DNA of 64,000 bases from Phoronis australis. Its lineage: Eukaryota > Animalia > Phoronida. Of the stretch, positions 60,512 through 64,000 are shown piece after piece; position 1 is the first letter of the stretch; each line of letters starts with the position of its first letter. Under the pieces are notes generated by a model. That model saw nothing but the letters and a program-made list of their open reading frames with translations, did not search any database and had not been told where the DNA came from. Where the stretch lies: contig NMRA01000040.1 of NCBI GenBank assembly GCA_002633005.1, positions 265,362 to 329,361 on the forward strand, given 5' to 3'. The translations under genes and the position numbers were made by a program.

Positions 60512-63500
60512 GCTGAGCATAGCCTAGTCTGGTTTACTGCCTTCTGACGCAGGGCTTGTAATGAGCGATAGACAATGATGTGTCCAGTGAATTGCTTCAA
60601 AATTTACCAGCAATGCATGCATGCAGGATGGTAGGACCTATACAGTGTTTAGTACAAGCAATTTGTGCTTTTATTACGAAAATTCACAAGTCAAGATCTT
60701 CAAAAAGAGTGGAGCTTGAAAAATCTCACCCTGCATAAAAAATGTGTTTAAACTTATCATAAAAAAACTAATTACAACTGGAATGCCAAAGGCGTACAAA
60801 CAAAGAAAATTCTAGCGTTATAACAAGCACAAAACAATAAATATTAATATTTGTTACACACCCCAAAACTGTTCAATACAAGACAATCTTAGAAACACCT
60901 GTTAGTTTAGTATTGCTAACCTACTCACCAGTTCAAAAAACGAACACCTTTGAATGCAAGACCTGCCTTAATGCCTCTAGTTCATAAGTGCAGGTATGAC
61001 TGATCTCTTCCCAACATCACCTATGTTGGCTATGTTACATTACATTAAATTCCAACTGGTAGGCTACACTCATCAGATAATAGCACTGGAAAAGTACCTA
61101 CTGACCTCTTCCTGTCAGATTTTTAAGTTATCTATTACTGTGCTCACACCATACCATAGCGGTTATAAGTTTTAAAACCGATTTAAAAGTAAAAAATCTG
61201 TATGAACACTTTAAAACGGGTTTTAAAATTTTTAACTGTAGCACGGGTTATAACCCTGTGTGAAGGTGGTTTGGCCACAGGTTATAACCAATTGTGAACA
61301 CGGCAGTTGCAAAAGTTATATCAGTAGGTGGCGCTGCTGTCAAATCTCATTGGAAACAACGGTGCGCCAGAGCCACTAACTGGAGTGAATAGGAAAGATT
61401 GAAGACAAATCCACGAAATAAGGTTACAACAGTTTTAACCATCAATATGAACGTGACAATTACATAACAGTTACAAAAAAAGTAAGTTTTAACTGGATTT
61501 AGCTGGTCTGAACATAACTTCAGACACAAAGGTATCAAACACATAAACTTCAAATCATACACCAGCACTGCCATACTAACCACTCGAACCACTGAATCAT
61601 GTCATTGTGTACAAATCATGACCAAAACCAACGGTTCGGATTGTTATAGTTTTGTGATTTTGAAAAAATTATAAGTATCAATCATGCACTTTACTTCATA
61701 TGAACTTTTTAAGCTGAAGTAATAATTCTTGACTGAAACTTTTTGCATCTTAAAAATGTCTCGAAAATGAAACTGAAACCTAACTTGCTCAATGATTCAT
61801 TGTTCAGCGGAGGAGCATCCGATTAAAAATAACCCTGAACTCATTGGAAAAAAATTTGCTTCAAACAGCCAAAAATGTTATTAAAAATGTGCAAAACTAT
61901 AACCTGCATCAATTTACAGTCGTACCAATGTGGCATTGTTCATTTTGTTACGCATTTTTACTAAAAACTACTTATTTACAAGTAGAGAGGGGAATTAGTT
62001 TTAGTTTTAGTTGAAGTTTCTGCTTCCATATTTGAGGGGCTTACCTTTTCAAGTAAACTGTAATAATAAAATGATGAATGCATCAATACAATACAATTCC
62101 TTCGTATTCAAAAGTATCTCATCCAATCAACATGCTGATTTTCATCATCCTCACTGGTTTGCCTCTCATTCAGGCTATGTCTATAGCTTCCTTTTCACAA
62201 TACCCAACCATAACACTATTTAGATTTAAAGAAACTTTGGAGTAAGGCCACTATGACCATCTTCCGACTTTAGAAAAACATGACCTTGTTACAGAATACA
62301 GGCCTCGATTTGGTGACTTGCAGGTCACCAACGCAATCTCCAGGGTTTTTTGGCGACTAAGTCAAATACAAGAACGCACTCAAAATAGTAAATAGTACAG
62401 GAAATAAATGGACGAATGTCAGTATTATTTGGCAAAAATCGAAAGGGCCTAAGCGTGATCATCGCCCCAGGATGTACGCTTATGTGCGGGAATATTGGGC
62501 CCAAAAGGGAGAAATTGGTTGCCTGCGAGTATGTGGACACTCATAATTTTCCATTTAAGCAAAAAAATATTTAAAAAACGTGGAACAAAGTCATGTGACA
62601 CTAACTATGGGTAAAAGCAAAGTCAGGTGAAAAGGCTTTTTCAAATTCCTCAAACTATCCATTATTTAGGATGGCAATAATTACCATATCATTCATTGAT
62701 GAATAATCATGCTGCACTGCACTTGGTAACTACTGATTACTAATAACATATCTTAAGGTTAAGTGTATCCTTATTTTTCAAAAAATGCTGTTTTAAAAAT
62801 ACAGGCTGCACATGCACCAAAATGTACGAAGATTTCATAATTAAACGTTGCATTTCGCCCTATTTAGCTGGCTCAGTAACAAAAATGGAATTGAGTATTT
62901 TACTCACATAAAATCGGTCTCATAATATTCCTTACTATAATAGGATTCTATTTTAAAAACCGATTTGTAAAGACACATTAGACTTGCACACCAGTGACCA
63001 AGTTTAAAACATGTCATTAGCGTATCAATTATAAAGTCTGACCCACAATCATGTACACCCTCGGGAGATGAAAGAAGTGGAGACCGTCAGACCAATCAGA
63101 AGAGCACTCAGGAGTCATTATATAGCATTGCTGCTCCATTAAAATCAAAATATTAGAGAAGAAATAATCACATCCACATTAACAGCAATTAATGTCCATA
63201 AATTTATCATTCCGACATATCTGTGCGAATAGGCAATGCAATCGCCCAGGGTGCCACAAAAGCAGGCCATTTATTTCCCTTGGGAAAGCTAGATAACTAA
63301 TTTACTATATAATTAAAAAAAATACACGAAGCATGTGAGGAAACTGCTATTACATGTAAACCCTAATAAGATTGATTGAAAATACACATATCAGAATTAG
63401 ATTACTTGCCTTCCAGGGTTTTGTCTTAAGGTGAAATTGTTTGGTAAAATATTGAATCAACTCTCCAGAAACTACATCATGACATTGTTGTAGGCCTACA

Positions 63501-64000
63501 AGAACACATGGGGATGCAAACCAAGGTTAGGCTCAGTTTACTGATTGGTTGTCACTGCAGTTGTTGAAAGAACTACAGAGTGCAGTTAATGGAAAACCAG
63601 TGCCGGGTCGGGTTAAAATTCTAGATGGTGTACTCCCAGAGGAGATATACGGGAGGTCCAGCACAGAAGGTAGCCAGCCAACCTGCATAAGACTAACGCG
63701 AACACTAAACAGCTGTGCACCAACGTGACCAAGGCTATTTTCACGACCAATTTACGATCAAAACGGTACTTTTTCCTACAAAATCCTCACAGGACGATCT
63801 TCAGATTAAGAAAAACTTCAAACAGAAACCCCGGGGGAAAATCAAGGCATATTTCATTTCAAAATGACAACCCTTTCGTCAGACAAGTAAACTGTGTAGT
63901 GACAAATGAATTGCAGAACAAGTCATTCACTGACATTGTCAAGAAAACTAAGCTGGCAGTGCACTGTCAATGACCTACCGGGATTTCTGTCAGTTTCATC

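Overview
AT-rich, intron-rich eukaryotic DNA, probably from a metazoan invertebrate (inferred from gene structure and transposon content). One gene dominates, on the minus strand: an ATP8A1/ATP8A2-type P4-ATPase phospholipid flippase. I traced 35 coding exons by hand between 321 and 43729. All have GT-AG boundaries and consistent phases, and they give 3303 nt (about 1100 codons) of open frame with the QQ, DGET, PISL, DKTGT, TGDKQET and GDGAND motifs. The last exon (GYAFS tail) lies left of the window and the first exon or start is unresolved. Introns and the upstream region hold many MITEs, a decayed Academ (XPG/Cys8-type) DNA transposon, HERO- and RTEX-like LINE fragments, tRNA-derived pieces and minisatellites. 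An 814-bp tandem duplication across a single N copies two exons and is most likely an assembly artefact. I found no convincing new multi-gene system. The best leads are a 30-bp minisatellite that quadruplicates the splice donor of the catalytic DKTGT exon, and a proline at the substrate-selecting P+4 position of TM4 (PISLP).
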